A DNA stretch of 55,445 nt from Octopus bimaculoides (lineage: Eukaryota): positions 7,613,011 through 7,668,455 of the forward strand of contig NC_068985.1 of the NCBI RefSeq assembly GCF_001194135.2, written 5' to 3'. The notes below the pieces were generated by a model. The model worked only from the letters and a program-made list of their open reading frames with translations, did no database searches and had not been told where the DNA came from. Numbering within the stretch: the stretch's first letter is position 1; the number at the start of each line of letters is the position of its first letter. A program made the position numbers and the translations under genes. Positions 26,370 to 38,060 of the stretch are shown here, in pieces.

Positions 26370-27464
26370 AATATGCTTCAACACACGAATTCAGACAAAG
26401 AATCCTGCAAACCAAATGCAAAAACGATGTATATATANNNNNNNNNNNNNNNNNNNNNNNNNNNNNNNNNNNNNNNNNNNNNNNNNNNNNNNNNNNNNNN
26501 NNNNNNNNNNNNNNNNNNNNNNNNNNNNNNNNNNNNNNNNNNNNNNNNNNNNNNNNNNNNNNNNNNNNNNNNNNNNNNNNNNNNNNNNNNNNNNNNNNNN
26601 NNNNNNNNNNNNNNNNNNNNNNNNNNNNNNNNNNNNNNNNNNNNNNNNNNNNNNNNNNNNNNNNNNNNNNNNNNNNNNNNNNNNNNNNNNNNNNNNNNNN
26701 NNNNNNNNNNNNNNNNNNNNNNNNNNNNNNNNNNNNNNNNNNNNNNNNNNNNNNNNNNNNNNNNNNNNNNNNNNNNNNNNNNNNNNNNNNNNNNNNNNNN
26801 NNNNNNNNNNNNNNNNNNNNNNNNNNNNNNNNNNNNNNNNNNNNNNNNNNNNNNNNNNNNNNNNNNNNNNNNNNNNNNNNNNNNNNNNNNNNNNNNNNNN
26901 NNNNNNNNNNNNNNNNNNNNNNNNNNNNNNNNNNNNNNNNNNNNNNNNNNNNNNNNNNNNNNNNNNNNNNNNNNNNNNNNNNNNNNNNNNNNNNNNNNNN
27001 NNNNNNNNNNNNNNNNNNNNNNNNNNNNNNNNNNNNNNNNNNNNNNNNNNNNNNNNNNNNNNNNNNNNNNNNNNNNNNNNNNNNNNNNNNNNNNNNNNNN
27101 NNNNNNNNNNNNNNNNNNNNNNNNNNNNNNNNNNNNNNNNNNNNNNNNNNNNNNNNNNNNNNNNNNNNNNNNNNNNNNNCTATCTATGGCGATGAGATTT
27201 TAAATTTTCTTTCTTTAATCGTAGCCAAGTCTAATAATTCATTAACAGTTGAGAAGAGGTAATAATAGATAGGCTACAGTGAATCATTTCTCCTTAACTG
27301 GGACAACCGCTTGGATAGCAACAGCAGTATGCAATGAGAATTAGCGGCGAATATTTACATTATAACGTTAGCATGAAACCAAATGATGGCCGCACTTATG
27401 TCTACAATAAAAGTCTGTCGTAAAATATCAAGAGGTACGGTAGTGTCTTTTATTGAAAAACTTT

Positions 27465-27649
27465 CTTTTATCGTTTACTTGTCTCAGTCATTAAACTACG
27501 ACCATGCTGGGGCACCCTAGTACTTACTTTTTTAAAGTTCGGTAAATATTCTGTTGGTCTCTTATACTGAACCACTCCGTTGCGGGGAGGTAAATACACC
27601 AACACCAGTTGATACACAGTGCTGGGGGACAAACACACACACACACACG

Positions 27650-27700
<51 letters not shown>

Positions 27701-27891
27701 NNNNNNNNNNNNNNNNNNNNNNNNNNNNNNNNNNNNNNNNNNNNNNNNNNNNNNNNNNNNNNNNNNNNNNNNNNNNNNNNNNNNNNNNNNNNNNNNNNNN
27801 NNNNNNNNNNNNNNNNNNNNNNNNNNNNNNNNNNNNNNNNNNNNNNNNNNNNNNNNNNNNNNNNNNNNNNNNNNNNNNNNNNNNNNNNNNN

Positions 27892-27930
<39 letters not shown>

Positions 27931-28095
27931 TAGATAGATAGATAGATAGATATACATACATACATGACAAGCTCCTTTCTGTTTCCTTCCACCAAATCCA
28001 CTTACAAGAATTTGATTGTTCCGTGACTGTAGTAGAAAACACTTACCCAAGGTGCTGCACAGTAAGACTGAACCCGGAACCACATGGTTGAGAGT
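27465..28095 (-). mobile_element. SINE family A, full length with internal microsatellite and gap
   Basis: Tail at 27465-27620, (CA)n-N-(TA)n centre, head at 27975-28095. Confidence 0.8.
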
Positions 28096-28230
28096 TAACA
28101 TTTTTTTTTCTCCATGACAAAATAGACTTTCTTATGGGTTCCAGTGTGCCTCAAGAGTGGGAGGAGAATATTTTTATTGTTTTCTGATTAACGCTGGTTT
28201 TTAATTCATAGACGCTTTAAAATACAGACG

Positions 28231-28270
<40 letters not shown>

Positions 28271-28769
28271 TACACACACTCACACACATATACACTTCTC
28301 TTATTTGTTGGTTTAGAAGGCTACCTTGGTTTCATGCCGAGAGGGAATTTCTCAGCAATTATTAAGCATGTCACATGAGACGTTGGTATGTGTCTCCATA
28401 CTTTAATGAGTGTATTCTCATCCGAGACCGAAACGAGTACCAATGTCACATGTGGCACGCTTGATGATTGCTGAGAAACCAATGGTAACCTTGTTAACCC
28501 ACAAATAAACAATACTTATCCACCAAAACGGTGTTTAGCATTCATTCCCACAGTTCGATATTGCCGTGTGAGTGAGTATATATATACATACATATATACA
28601 AATAATATATGAGTATATGCATATATACGTACATGCATGTACATACCTACATCTACATGTGTATATAGATGCATATCTGGGTACAGGACGTTGCAAAAAA
28701 ACGTGGACAAAATGATAAACAGAGTACAGAAAACACAAGCCACACAGAGAGATAGAGAGATATACATAT

Positions 28770-28800
<31 letters not shown>

Positions 28801-29949
28801 CACATATATATATATGCACATATATATACATATATACACATATATATATNNNNNNNNNNNNNNNNNNNNNNNNNNNNNNNNNNNNNNNNNNNNNNNNNNN
28901 NNNNNNNNNNNNNNNNNNNNNNNNNNNNNNNNNNNNNNNNNNNNNNNNNNNNNNNNNNNNNNNNNNNNNNNNNNNNNNNNNNNNNNNNNNNNNNNNNNNN
29001 NNNNNNNNNNNNNNNNNNNNNNNNNNNNNNNNNNNNNNNNNNNNNNNNNNNNNNNNNNNNNNNNNNNNNNNNNNNNNNNNNNNNNNNNNNNNNNNNNNNN
29101 NNNNNNNNNNNNNNNNNNNNNNNNNNNNNNNNNNNNNNNNNNNNNNNNNNNNNNNNNNNNNNNNNNNNNNNNNNNNNNNNNNNNNNNNNNNNNNNNNNNN
29201 NNNNNNNNNNNNNNNNNNNNNNNNNNNNNNNNNNNNNNNNNNNNNNNNNNNNNNNNNNNNNNNNNNNNNNNNNNNNNNNNNNNNNNNNNNNNNNNNNNNN
29301 NNNNNNNNNNNNNNNNNNNNNNNNNNNNNNNNNNNNNNNNNNNNNNNNNNNNNNNNNNNNNNNNNNNNNNNNNNNNNNNNNNNNNNNNNNNNNNNNNNNN
29401 NNNNNNNNNNNNNNNNNNNNNNNNNNNNNNNNNNNNNNNNNNNNNNNNNNNNNNNNNNNNNNNNNNNNNNNNNNNNNNNNNNNNNNNNNNNNNNNNNNNN
29501 NNNNNNNNNNNNNNNNNNNNNNNNNNNNNNNNNNNNNNNNNNNNNNNNNNNNNNNNNNNNNNNNNNNNNNNNNNNNNNNNNNNNNNNNNNNNNNNNNNNN
29601 NNNNNNNNNNNNNNNNNNNNNNNNNNNNNNNNNNNNNNNNNNNNNNNNNNNNNNNNNNNNNNNNNNNNNNNNNNNNNNNNNNNNNNNNNNNNNNNNNNNN
29701 NNNNNNNNNNNNNTGTATATGGATGGATTTGACTGATAGGTGGAGAAAAAATTTTACATGTGACTGTACAAAATTTTGTGTATGAAGAAACAGAAGAAAA
29801 TATAACCTGCATATAAAGAATACACATGTATTTATTTTAATATACATAAGAGTGTCTGTGTATACATAAATTGTTACGTACGTAAATATATTCATTAGAT
29901 GCATATATGCCTTTGATTCATTTTGACTTTCTTTTTTTTTGTTTTTCAT

Positions 29950-29955
29950 TTTATT
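29950..29955 (-). other. Candidate polyadenylation signal (AATAAA) for ADMP, about 0.9 kb after the stop
   Basis: First minus-strand AATAAA I noticed downstream of the stop; another at 29831-29836. Such hexamers are common by chance in AT-rich DNA. Confidence 0.25.
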
Positions 29956-30859
29956 GGTCATCACCGAAAGCTTCGTTTTAGGGCGGAATATTGAATATAA
30001 ATCATCTTTGTTCATCTGACTCTCTCTCTCTCCCACTCTCTTTCTCAAGGTTTACCGATATCGACGAGACATCGAAGGTAAAAGAATTGAAGGGATACGA
30101 AATATATAAGCCAAGAACTGAACCCGTGTCGCACACTCTACTTCTCAGTGCTCACACCACCACTTTATGTGTGTTTGTATAAGACCAAAGTTACACCGTG
30201 TTTGACATATAAAGAGAAGAGGTAAGGCAAGCGAGAGGTGAAATATCTATGATTTGTTAATGTCGGATACAAATAAAGTGCCATTTCCTAACATTCGGCT
30301 GCACTTCAAATTTAAAGGTTTCCTGCGAAGAAATAATAGAATTACGTGATATTATTCTATGAATTGTGTATTTGCGAAGGACTGATGTTTGAAGAGAAGT
30401 CGATCCAGTTATATTTCAAAATTGAAGTGAATTGAACAAACGTAGATGGATCGGATAATTTCGAAGGGTTTCTTTTCAAGTAAGTTCCAAACGCTTTGGT
30501 GGGTGATTTAGAAGAGAGAAAATGGGAAGTGACTATGTCCATGAATTTCCTTAAACTATCAGAAATTCGAGAGGAAACGATTGTATCTGCACATCAAAAC
30601 CGAGTTAACGGGTGACTCGGTTCGCCAAATTTTGAATGAGACATTAGTTCACTCAACTTTTAAACGAAGGCCTTATTTTCTCAATTGGTATGCTGATCAG
30701 ACATCTACCACTGGGATATATATATATATAATTGTTTGTTTTCTTTACATTGAAATGATGGTTTAGATTTATAAGAGTGAGCAAATAAGGAATTTCTGGC
30801 GTCCATGTAATGTTCAAAAGCATTTAAGGAGAAGTTAAATGACTCTGTCATATTGCCAT

Positions 30860-31416
30860 CTAGTGGCAACCGCAACTAGCAGCAACCATATCCTCGTAGA
30901 GCTTTAAAATTACATTCTCATCATCATCAAAATATAGCAGGCTTATGGAATATAGTTTATCAGGGACACAGCACGGAGTAAGCACATTTTTGTCGGCGTG
31001 CAATGCATGAACGATACTTTGAACTGTAGCATGATTCGTAGGCTTGTGACTTTGACCTAAAGGGAATGGGCATGCCCCTGCACAATGATAGGCATTATAA
31101 CCTTTCGGTGAAATTATCCAACCAGACCAACCGATAGCACTGAAATCAACATACATTTCATAACGGGCGCAGTTTCGTTTCTTCCGTCGATAAATATTTC
31201 GCGCAGGACGTCGACGATGCCTTGTATTGTTGCCTCCTGATCCCGATTTCACACTTCGTTTCTGCCGTGATTTGAAATTAGGGAAATTACCTTGACTTCG
31301 TTCGTAATCAGCTCGGTCTTTTTCGTTTAAAAGCCTGATGGCTTTCCTGAAGTCAAGTCTTCTCGAAGTCTGTGCTAGTTCGTGACGTAGTATATCTTCT
31401 TTTATTTCTTGGTAAC
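30860..31416 (-). CDS. ADMP: ADMP (TGF-beta/BMP family) terminal coding exon: end of prodomain, furin sites and mature 7-Cys cystine-knot domain
   Basis: Acceptor ttatattcag|GT at 31417/31416. The frame is open for 185 codons to TAG: GYQEIKEDIL...RQKRSV...RRKKRNCARYEMYVDFSAIGWSGWIISPKGYNAYHCAGACPFPLGQSHKPTNHATVQSIV...PCCVPDKLYSISLLYFDDDENVILKLYEDMVAASCGCH*. GWSGWIISPKGYNAYHC, PTNHATVQSI, CCVPDKL and LLYFDDDENV match ADMP as I recall it better than BMP2/4 or BMP5-8. Confidence 0.93.
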
Positions 31417-31555
31417 CTGAATATAAAATTCCGCAGAAAAAATATTATTAGCAACAAATATCTAAAAAAAATATTTGGAAATAAGAATTGAATGTATTTA
31501 GATTAATATGGGTGGAAGAAGCAAAAATGAATAAATAAAGTATCGAAATATTTAC

Positions 31556-31720
31556 CTTCATCCGTCGGGGAAATGTAATTGCGATGTTTCTGGAGACCAT
31601 CATCAGTGAAGACCACTAAAATGGGTTGTTTGCTATCATGGTGAGCTCTTCTTTGGGCGAACCGTATAAACGTACTATTAATTGGCTCACCAGACATCAC
31701 TGTGGCTCTAACAAGTAATC
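31556..31720 (-). CDS. ADMP: ADMP prodomain exon (165 nt, phase 1-1)
   Basis: Acceptor cttcactatctag|GA and donor GAAG|gtaaat. Encodes (G)LLVRATVMSGEPINSTFIRFAQRRAHHDSKQPILVVFTDDGLQKHRNYISPTDE, containing the BMP prodomain RFA..PILVVF motif. Joins in frame to both neighbours; the downstream intron is 139 nt. Confidence 0.92.
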
Positions 31721-31859
31721 CTAGATAGTGAAGAGATTATTTAATGTTAAGACTTTCGATTAAGTACGACATTCAACTTCAGGTTTTAAAACATTTAATT
31801 AATTACACTGGTATGGGAGCAGTTATATGTAAACAAAAATATTAGTTTTTTTTAATAAT

Positions 31860-32040
31860 TTAAATTTGGTGAGAGGAGGTAAGTCGTTGGCGTAGACCTC
31901 ATTGCTTAGCTAGTGCTTATTTTATCAACCCCGAAAGGCAAAGTCGACCTCGGTATAATTCGAACTCAGAATTCAAAGACGGATGAAATGTTGCAAGGCA
32001 TTTTGCCTAGTGGGCTAATGATTCCGCCAGCTCTCCGCAT
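31860..32040 (-). mobile_element. SINE family B in ADMP intron
   Basis: tttatcaaccccgaaaggcaaagtcgacctcgg...gaactcagaa...ccgccagctctccgc. Confidence 0.75.
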
Positions 32041-32145
32041 TTTGTAAACGTAAGTATTAATAATTTTTGTTCGTTTCAAGGACTCGGTTGTTTTAATAAG
32101 TTGTTATGGAGTAATGATTTTATGTTAAGTTATAATGGTGTCAAC

Positions 32146-32616
32146 TTTTAGCACAAGGCCAGTAATTTTAAGGCAAAGTCGATTACATCGNNNNNNNNNN
32201 NNNNNNNNNNNNNNNNNNNNNNNNNNNNNNNNNNNNNNNNNNNNNNNNNNNNNNNNNNNNNNNNNNNNNACGCAACTGTTACTTAATTTATCGACTTCGA
32301 AAGGATGAAAGACAAAGTCGACCTCGACGGAATTTGAACTCAGAACGAAATACCGCTAAGCATTTCGCCCGGCGTGCTAACGTTTCTTATTTCTTTATTG
32401 CCCACAAGGGGCTAAACATAGAGGGGACAAACAAGGAGAGACAAAGGGATTAAGTCGATTACTCACTGGTGAGTAACTGGTACTTAATTTATCGATTCCG
32501 AAAGGATGAAAGGCAAAGTCGACCTCGGCGGAATTTGAACTCAGAACGTAACGGCAGACGAAATACCGCTAATCATTTCGTCCTACGTGCTAACGTTTCT
32601 GCCAGCTCGCCGCCTT
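32146..32616 (-). mobile_element. Nested SINE-B in SINE-B (inner copy with Tx1-like tail)
   Basis: Outer copy 32146-32387 (common tail, gapped); inner copy 32388-32600; direct repeat cgtgctaacgtttct at 32373-32387 and 32586-32600. Confidence 0.85.
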
Positions 32617-33299
32617 AACACCTGTTATAAATAAGGTGAAGTATAGTCTATTAAAAATCGTTGTGGTCTGTTAGTTACGTATTAAAAAATATACCGTCGC
32701 TAAAGGGTGCGTGGCCAAGTAGTTAGCAAGATAGACACATGACCATGAAGTCGCAGGTTCAGTTTCTGGACGAGGCGATGCTTTAAGCCTTTTAGCAAGG
32801 CAATTCGTTTTCTGTTATTGCAATACATTCAACTGGAAATGAGTTACAACCGCTGCGGAGTGGTGACATCTTCTTTGACTCACAGCTTATTACTAAGGGA
32901 TAATGTGAATTTTCTACTACTAACAATTACTTTTGAATTCTGATTCACCCTAAAGATGTGGTTTTCTGACGAAAGTAAATATCGCTTAGAATAAGGGCTT
33001 GGTAATAGAGGAATAATAATTCATAATGTCAAACAAGGGGAATTTATATTGTTGTTTATTAATTATGTTATCGAATCATGGCGATAAAGTGGAAGTTTCT
33101 TTCAGTTTGGTGGTGATCTCATTTCAAACATTTCTGTACAGTTGTTGAGCTTTGTGGACGGCATATTTAAAAAAGAATTACGTTTGTAAAGATTAAAGAT
33201 TGTTCTCTCTGAAGGTGATTCATGGTTTCCGTTGTGCTAAAATTCCATATATATATATATATATATATATTTTTATATATATATATGAAGGGGTGAAGT

Positions 33300-33487
33300 G
33301 TATTCGGCTGTGGAATGGGACACGTGCTTTCCTCTAGGCTACCTGCTCTTTCCTGCTTTTCTTCCTTTCTGAACTTTTACCTTTTTCTGACGAAGAGACA
33401 TGCTCGAAACTTCATTTCCATTTCTATTTTTCCATCTAAAACTTCAACTTTGAGTGTTAGTCTAATATATTCATTGTGTACGTCTAA
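33300..33487 (+). mobile_element. Penelope-like terminal fragment
   Basis: ctgacgaagagacatgctcgaaac motif, flanked by (TA)n and a gap. Confidence 0.45.
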
Positions 33488-33730
33488 NNNNNNNNNNNNN
33501 NNNNNNNNNNNNNNNNNNNNNNNNNNNNNNNNNNNNNNNNNNNNNNNNNNNNNNNNNNNNNNNNNNNNNNNNNNNNNNNNNNNNNNNNNNNNNNNNNNNN
33601 NNNNNNNNNNNNNNNNNNNNNNNNNNNNNNNNNNNNNNNNNNNNNNNNNNNNNNNNNNNNNNNNNNNNNNNNNNNNNNNNNNNNNNNNNNNNNNNNNNNN
33701 NNNNTGTGTGTGTGTGTCTCGTAAAGATGT

Positions 33731-33835
<105 letters not shown>

Positions 33836-34451
33836 CAGCAGCAAATCTAAATAATTCATAATAAAAACAACAACAATAACATTAGCGGCAGCAAGCGATA
33901 TTAGCATTAAACAGCTATACATCGTTTACCTCATTCTACGGCTTCTTAGCTGAGATAGTATGTTAAATACTATTCGTTTGCTTGATTTCTGTTAGTCCGT
34001 TGTATATTATCAGTGAAATTGGTGGTTAAGTAGGGGGGTTTTACTTCTACTTTTGAGCAAGCTGGTGCTTCGTGTATCCTCTAATAATATTACAAATTTA
34101 TATGTGTGTATGTGTATGGGTGTATCTATGCATATGTATGTGTGTACGCATGTATATATCTGTACATAAAAATGTACATACATATGTATATAAGCATACA
34201 CATATGCACACAGAATTATATACGTACAAATCTACAATTCCCGCCCGCACGCACGTAATTTCATTTTCCATCTCTCCTAACTTTCCGTATTATTTTATAA
34301 TCCCTATAATTTTCCTTCTACTCTCCCCTCTCTGTACTGCCTCTATTTGTCAAACTATTTTGCTACCTGCAGAGCAGCAATACATTAAGTGAGACCTCCT
34401 TAAATAGTCTTTCATCATCAGCGGTGGCCAACAATAGCAGAAAAAACTTAC

Positions 34452-34611
34452 CATAATTGGGCGAGGTGTTGTTCATCCAGGAGAGCAGGGCACTCATCAC
34501 TGTGAAAGTTACCCAACCGTGACTGTATGCACTCAGGCGACGAACATCGATCAACTTGAGGCTAGAAGGAGCATCAATATTCTTTAGAGACAAAACTTGA
34601 TAAATTTGAAT
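34452..34611 (-). CDS. ADMP: ADMP prodomain exon (160 nt, phase 0-1)
   Basis: Acceptor (tta)n-ttgcag|ATT and donor TATG|gtaagt. Encodes IQIYQVLSLKNIDAPSSLKLIDVRRLSAYSHGWVTFTVMSALLSWMNNTSPNY(G), with the BMP prodomain IYQV, LID.R, GW..F.V..A..SW and NYGL motifs. Confidence 0.92.
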
Positions 34612-34615
34612 CTGC

Positions 34616-34657
<42 letters not shown>

Positions 34658-34659
<2 letters not shown>

Positions 34660-34900
34660 TATTCAGACAAATACATAACAAAAGCATAATATTCACACAA
34701 ATACATAACAAAAACACCAGTACTAACAGATATATATAACATCCAGAAAATTGCACCACTGGGTACTGCACACATCCTACGCAAAACACTTTCAATGCAG
34801 TAACCATAAGAGCATCACAGCAAACCACAGCGCATACCCAAGGCATACAGAGCTGCGCTCGGTGGTGCAGTGAAAGCACGTGATAAAAATAAAACTACTG

Positions 34901-34902
<2 letters not shown>
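34658..34902 (+). mobile_element. R4/Dong-like LINE 3' fragment flanked by (TAA)n on both sides
   Basis: Encodes KYITKTPVLTDIYNIQKIAPLGTAHILRKTLSMQ*, homologous to the REL-endonuclease C-terminus at ~51990-52048 (ISILETTHILKKVLSIKQ*). (TAA)n at 34617-34655 and 34903-34933. Confidence 0.8.
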
Positions 34903-34933
<31 letters not shown>

Positions 34934-35957
34934 CCTTTCTACTAAAGGTACAATGCTTGAGATTGTGTAAATATTGCTATTTTAGCACATAGATATGTTT
35001 GAAGAAAAGAAGGAAGAGGAGGGGAGGAGAAGAAGGAGGAGGAAGAGAAGAAGAAGAAGGAGAAGAAGAAGAAGAAGAAGAAGAAGAAGAAGAAGAAGAA
35101 GAATTTGTTAGTTTCTACAAAGAGTAACACATACGTAGACAACCATGCAACCATGAAATAGAACAAAATAAAAAAACGGGAGAGAAATGTATAAATCAAA
35201 TTGTATTAATGTCTAAGATACCAGATGAACCCACATCGCGGCAGGAGGCATAGGGACGAGCACCTCTGTCCAACTCGCTACTTCATCAGAAACTACACAT
35301 AAAAGAAACCCAGTCACACTGAAAGACAGTGCCCCAGCATGGCCTCAGCCTCTAGCTGAAGCCAGTAAAACACACACACACACACACATAGATACATACA
35401 TACATACATACATACATACATACATACATACATACGTACAAACACACATGTTTCTGTTTGTTCCAGTGTGAGCGTATGTATGTTACATTTACTTTTTATT
35501 TCTACGCCATTATTTCCACATAGACGTAGTGGTTGTGTGTTTGTGCTGTTGAAAGAGAGAAGGTTATCGCGTTCCGTTGTTGAATGGTCTCATCGATGTC
35601 GTTTGGAAAGGGTTTGGAATGCGTATGGATGGTCGAAAAAGAGTGAAGCCAATACTGTGTGGAAAGGATGTATTGTTGGAAACGATAGCCAGTATATGTT
35701 CAAGAGTGAGCACATACTGGCTCGCACAGCGAGGGATTTCAGCCACTGGGCCGCGAATCTGCATGGAGCCGTGAATTATCTGTTACTGAGCCGCACAGAA
35801 CGAATAGATTTTAACATTTCATTTCTATTTTATCGCAGTCTAGAGTGTTTGTGTATTTTATTGTATATGCATTATATATGTAATATATATGTATTACATA
35901 CGTAATAATATATTATATACTGTGCACTTGATTGTGTTTTGTTACGCATCCCTTGGT

Positions 35958-36018
35958 CGATAGAAAAATTGTCTACCATAAAACCGGTCTGTGGTACAAA
36001 AAAAGGTTGGCGCCGCTG
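35958..36018. mobile_element. hAT-Charlie (MER1-like) right terminus
   Basis: agaaaaattgtctaccataaaaccggtctgtggtacaaaaaaaggttggcgccgctg resembles the ...aaaccggtccctggtgccaaaaaggttggggaccgctg end as I recall it. Confidence 0.6.
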
Positions 36019-37254
36019 CATTATAAGACTTTAGAATTCAACAAAGCTAGTAAAATATGACACGCGTTTCGACAGTGAGTGTTGATAGAAATTTTTCAGT
36101 TGAACTGTGAGATAGACGTTGACTCTAAGCAAGCGATTTCACCAGAAAGCTCTTATCACCGAAAGGTTTTCTAATTTCATATACAACAGCTTTGCTTTCG
36201 CTAGAGTTCTCAAGAGGGGGAGACCAATGAAAAGTTGTTTAGAAATTTCGGCTGGGAGCAAATGTGCACATCGGGTGAGGAGACGGGAACCTGGGTTCGT
36301 GGAATTTGATAGAAGCTTTGCTGAGACTATGAAATCTTATTTCCATTTATCCTTCTGGGTTCGATTAAATTAATGCTAGAGACTACAGTGATATGATTAT
36401 TCAACATTTCTTGAAAAAAGTTAGCCTTCTATTTTGATGTATGTTCAGTTTGTTGATAATTCTCTGCGGTGGGTCCTCTTCTATAACGCAATAAAAAGAG
36501 ACATTAATCTCACAAAACCACCTCGTTTATTCGAATTAAGTAGCAAAACGATATGTTTGCTACTGACATAAAAATGAATGAGTGAAATATGATGCTTTTA
36601 AGGGAATAAGAATGAAGAGTTGTGACATCGAATCCTTTCTCAAGGACTTCAGCAGCATTATTATTGTTTTTATAGGTACAAAGCTTGTTGTTTACGGCAA
36701 AAAAAAAAAGTTACGGAAAATTATCTTCATCGATTTACATCTGTGATATTTAATCTGACAGAGAATGTAATCTACGACGTTGCATACGCAAATAATTTGC
36801 CCCAGTCTCGAAGTTATAACAATATTGGAATACTAGAAGTTGTAATCCAGAAATAGAAACTGAGTCGAATATTTTCTTGAATTTTGTTGAAGCTATTTTA
36901 CTCGTTAATACCGGAACGTCCCATTCACAACATACAACAATGGTGTTTGTTTAATGTCCTACTAATTTCCTCGTTGCAGATATTTCTCATTATAGATGTT
37001 GAACAGAAGAAAATCATCCACACACACACACACACACACATACATACACCTAAAGGAGCCTGTATATGGTCATTTTCCTGCTAAAAATTGTAGCCAAATC
37101 TCCTTTAAATCCCACCCTGACATTTTAAGAAAAGAAACAACCCGTTAGGTAATGTAGTCCTAGTTACACTTTGAAAAAAAAATGAGTTTTGTGATTGAAA
37201 TAACTTTGATTATTGCTTTGCTGAAACAAAACTAATTAAAAGAAACAAAAAGAA

Positions 37255-37360
37255 AATAAGTACTGGGGTCGATTCATTCGACTAAACATTCTTCGAGATG
37301 GTGTCCCAGCATGGCTGCAGTCTAATTGACTGAAACAAGTAAAAGATAAAAGATAAAAGA
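37255..37360 (+). mobile_element. SINE family A 3' fragment in ADMP intron
   Basis: aataagtactggggtcgattcattcgact...ccagcatggctgcagtc...ctgaaacaagtaaaagataaaagataaaaga. Confidence 0.8.
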
Positions 37361-37854
37361 TTCATTTGTTCCATCCATTCATCCATCTTTTCCGCCCAGT
37401 ATTCCTGAGAGGGTCGTGGTGGGTAGAACCCTCAGGCACTTCCTCCATAGGATCCTATCAGAAGCAACCGTCTTTACACTTTCTGGCTGGATTTCCAAAC
37501 GTGACCACCTACGACTATAGAACTTATTTTATCAACCCTGAAAAAATGAAAAGCAAAACCGACTTCTGCGGAGTTTCAACTCAGACCATAAAGACGGACG
37601 AAATGCCAATAAACCTTTTGCCCGACCTGCTAACGATTCTACCGGCTGCCGCTTTTGAAAGGATGGAAGAGAAAGTTCCAGCAGGATTCCATCGCAGAAC
37701 AAGGAAAGCCGGAGAGAATACCACAGGGCATTGTACTCAACGCTCTAACAACTTCGGTTAATGCTCCGCATAACTAAATCTCATAATAATAATTAAATAA
37801 TAAGTTTTGCAAAACGCATTAGTACAGATTTTCTGTGGCCTTAATTTAATTTTC

Positions 37855-38060
37855 TTTCTACAATAGGCACAAGGTCTGAAGTTTGAGGGAGGGAGCAAGT
37901 CGATTATATCAACCCTAGTACTTGACTGCTAGTTATTTTATCGACCCAGAAAGGATGAAAGACAAAGCCGATTTCAGCGGAATTTGAACTGAGGACGTAA
38001 GGAACTGGAAGAGACACCACTCGATGTGATAATGATTCTGCAAGCTTGCCGCCTTCTGTG
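37855..38060 (-). mobile_element. SINE family B (common tail) in ADMP intron
   Basis: ctacaataggcacaaggtc...gtcgattatatcaacccc...aaggatgaaagacaaag...gaatttgaactgagg. Confidence 0.8.

Noticed and set aside
30860-31171. Calling the ligand BMP2/4 (dpp) or BMP5-8
   Set aside because: It lacks the W.DWIVAP and NSTNHA signatures and has the ADMP-type WSGWIISPKGY, PTNHA, VPDKL and FDDDENV.
31285-31291. Cryptic donor CAAG|gtaatt inside the last ADMP exon
   Set aside because: The frame is open through it to the furin site and mature domain, so no intron is needed.
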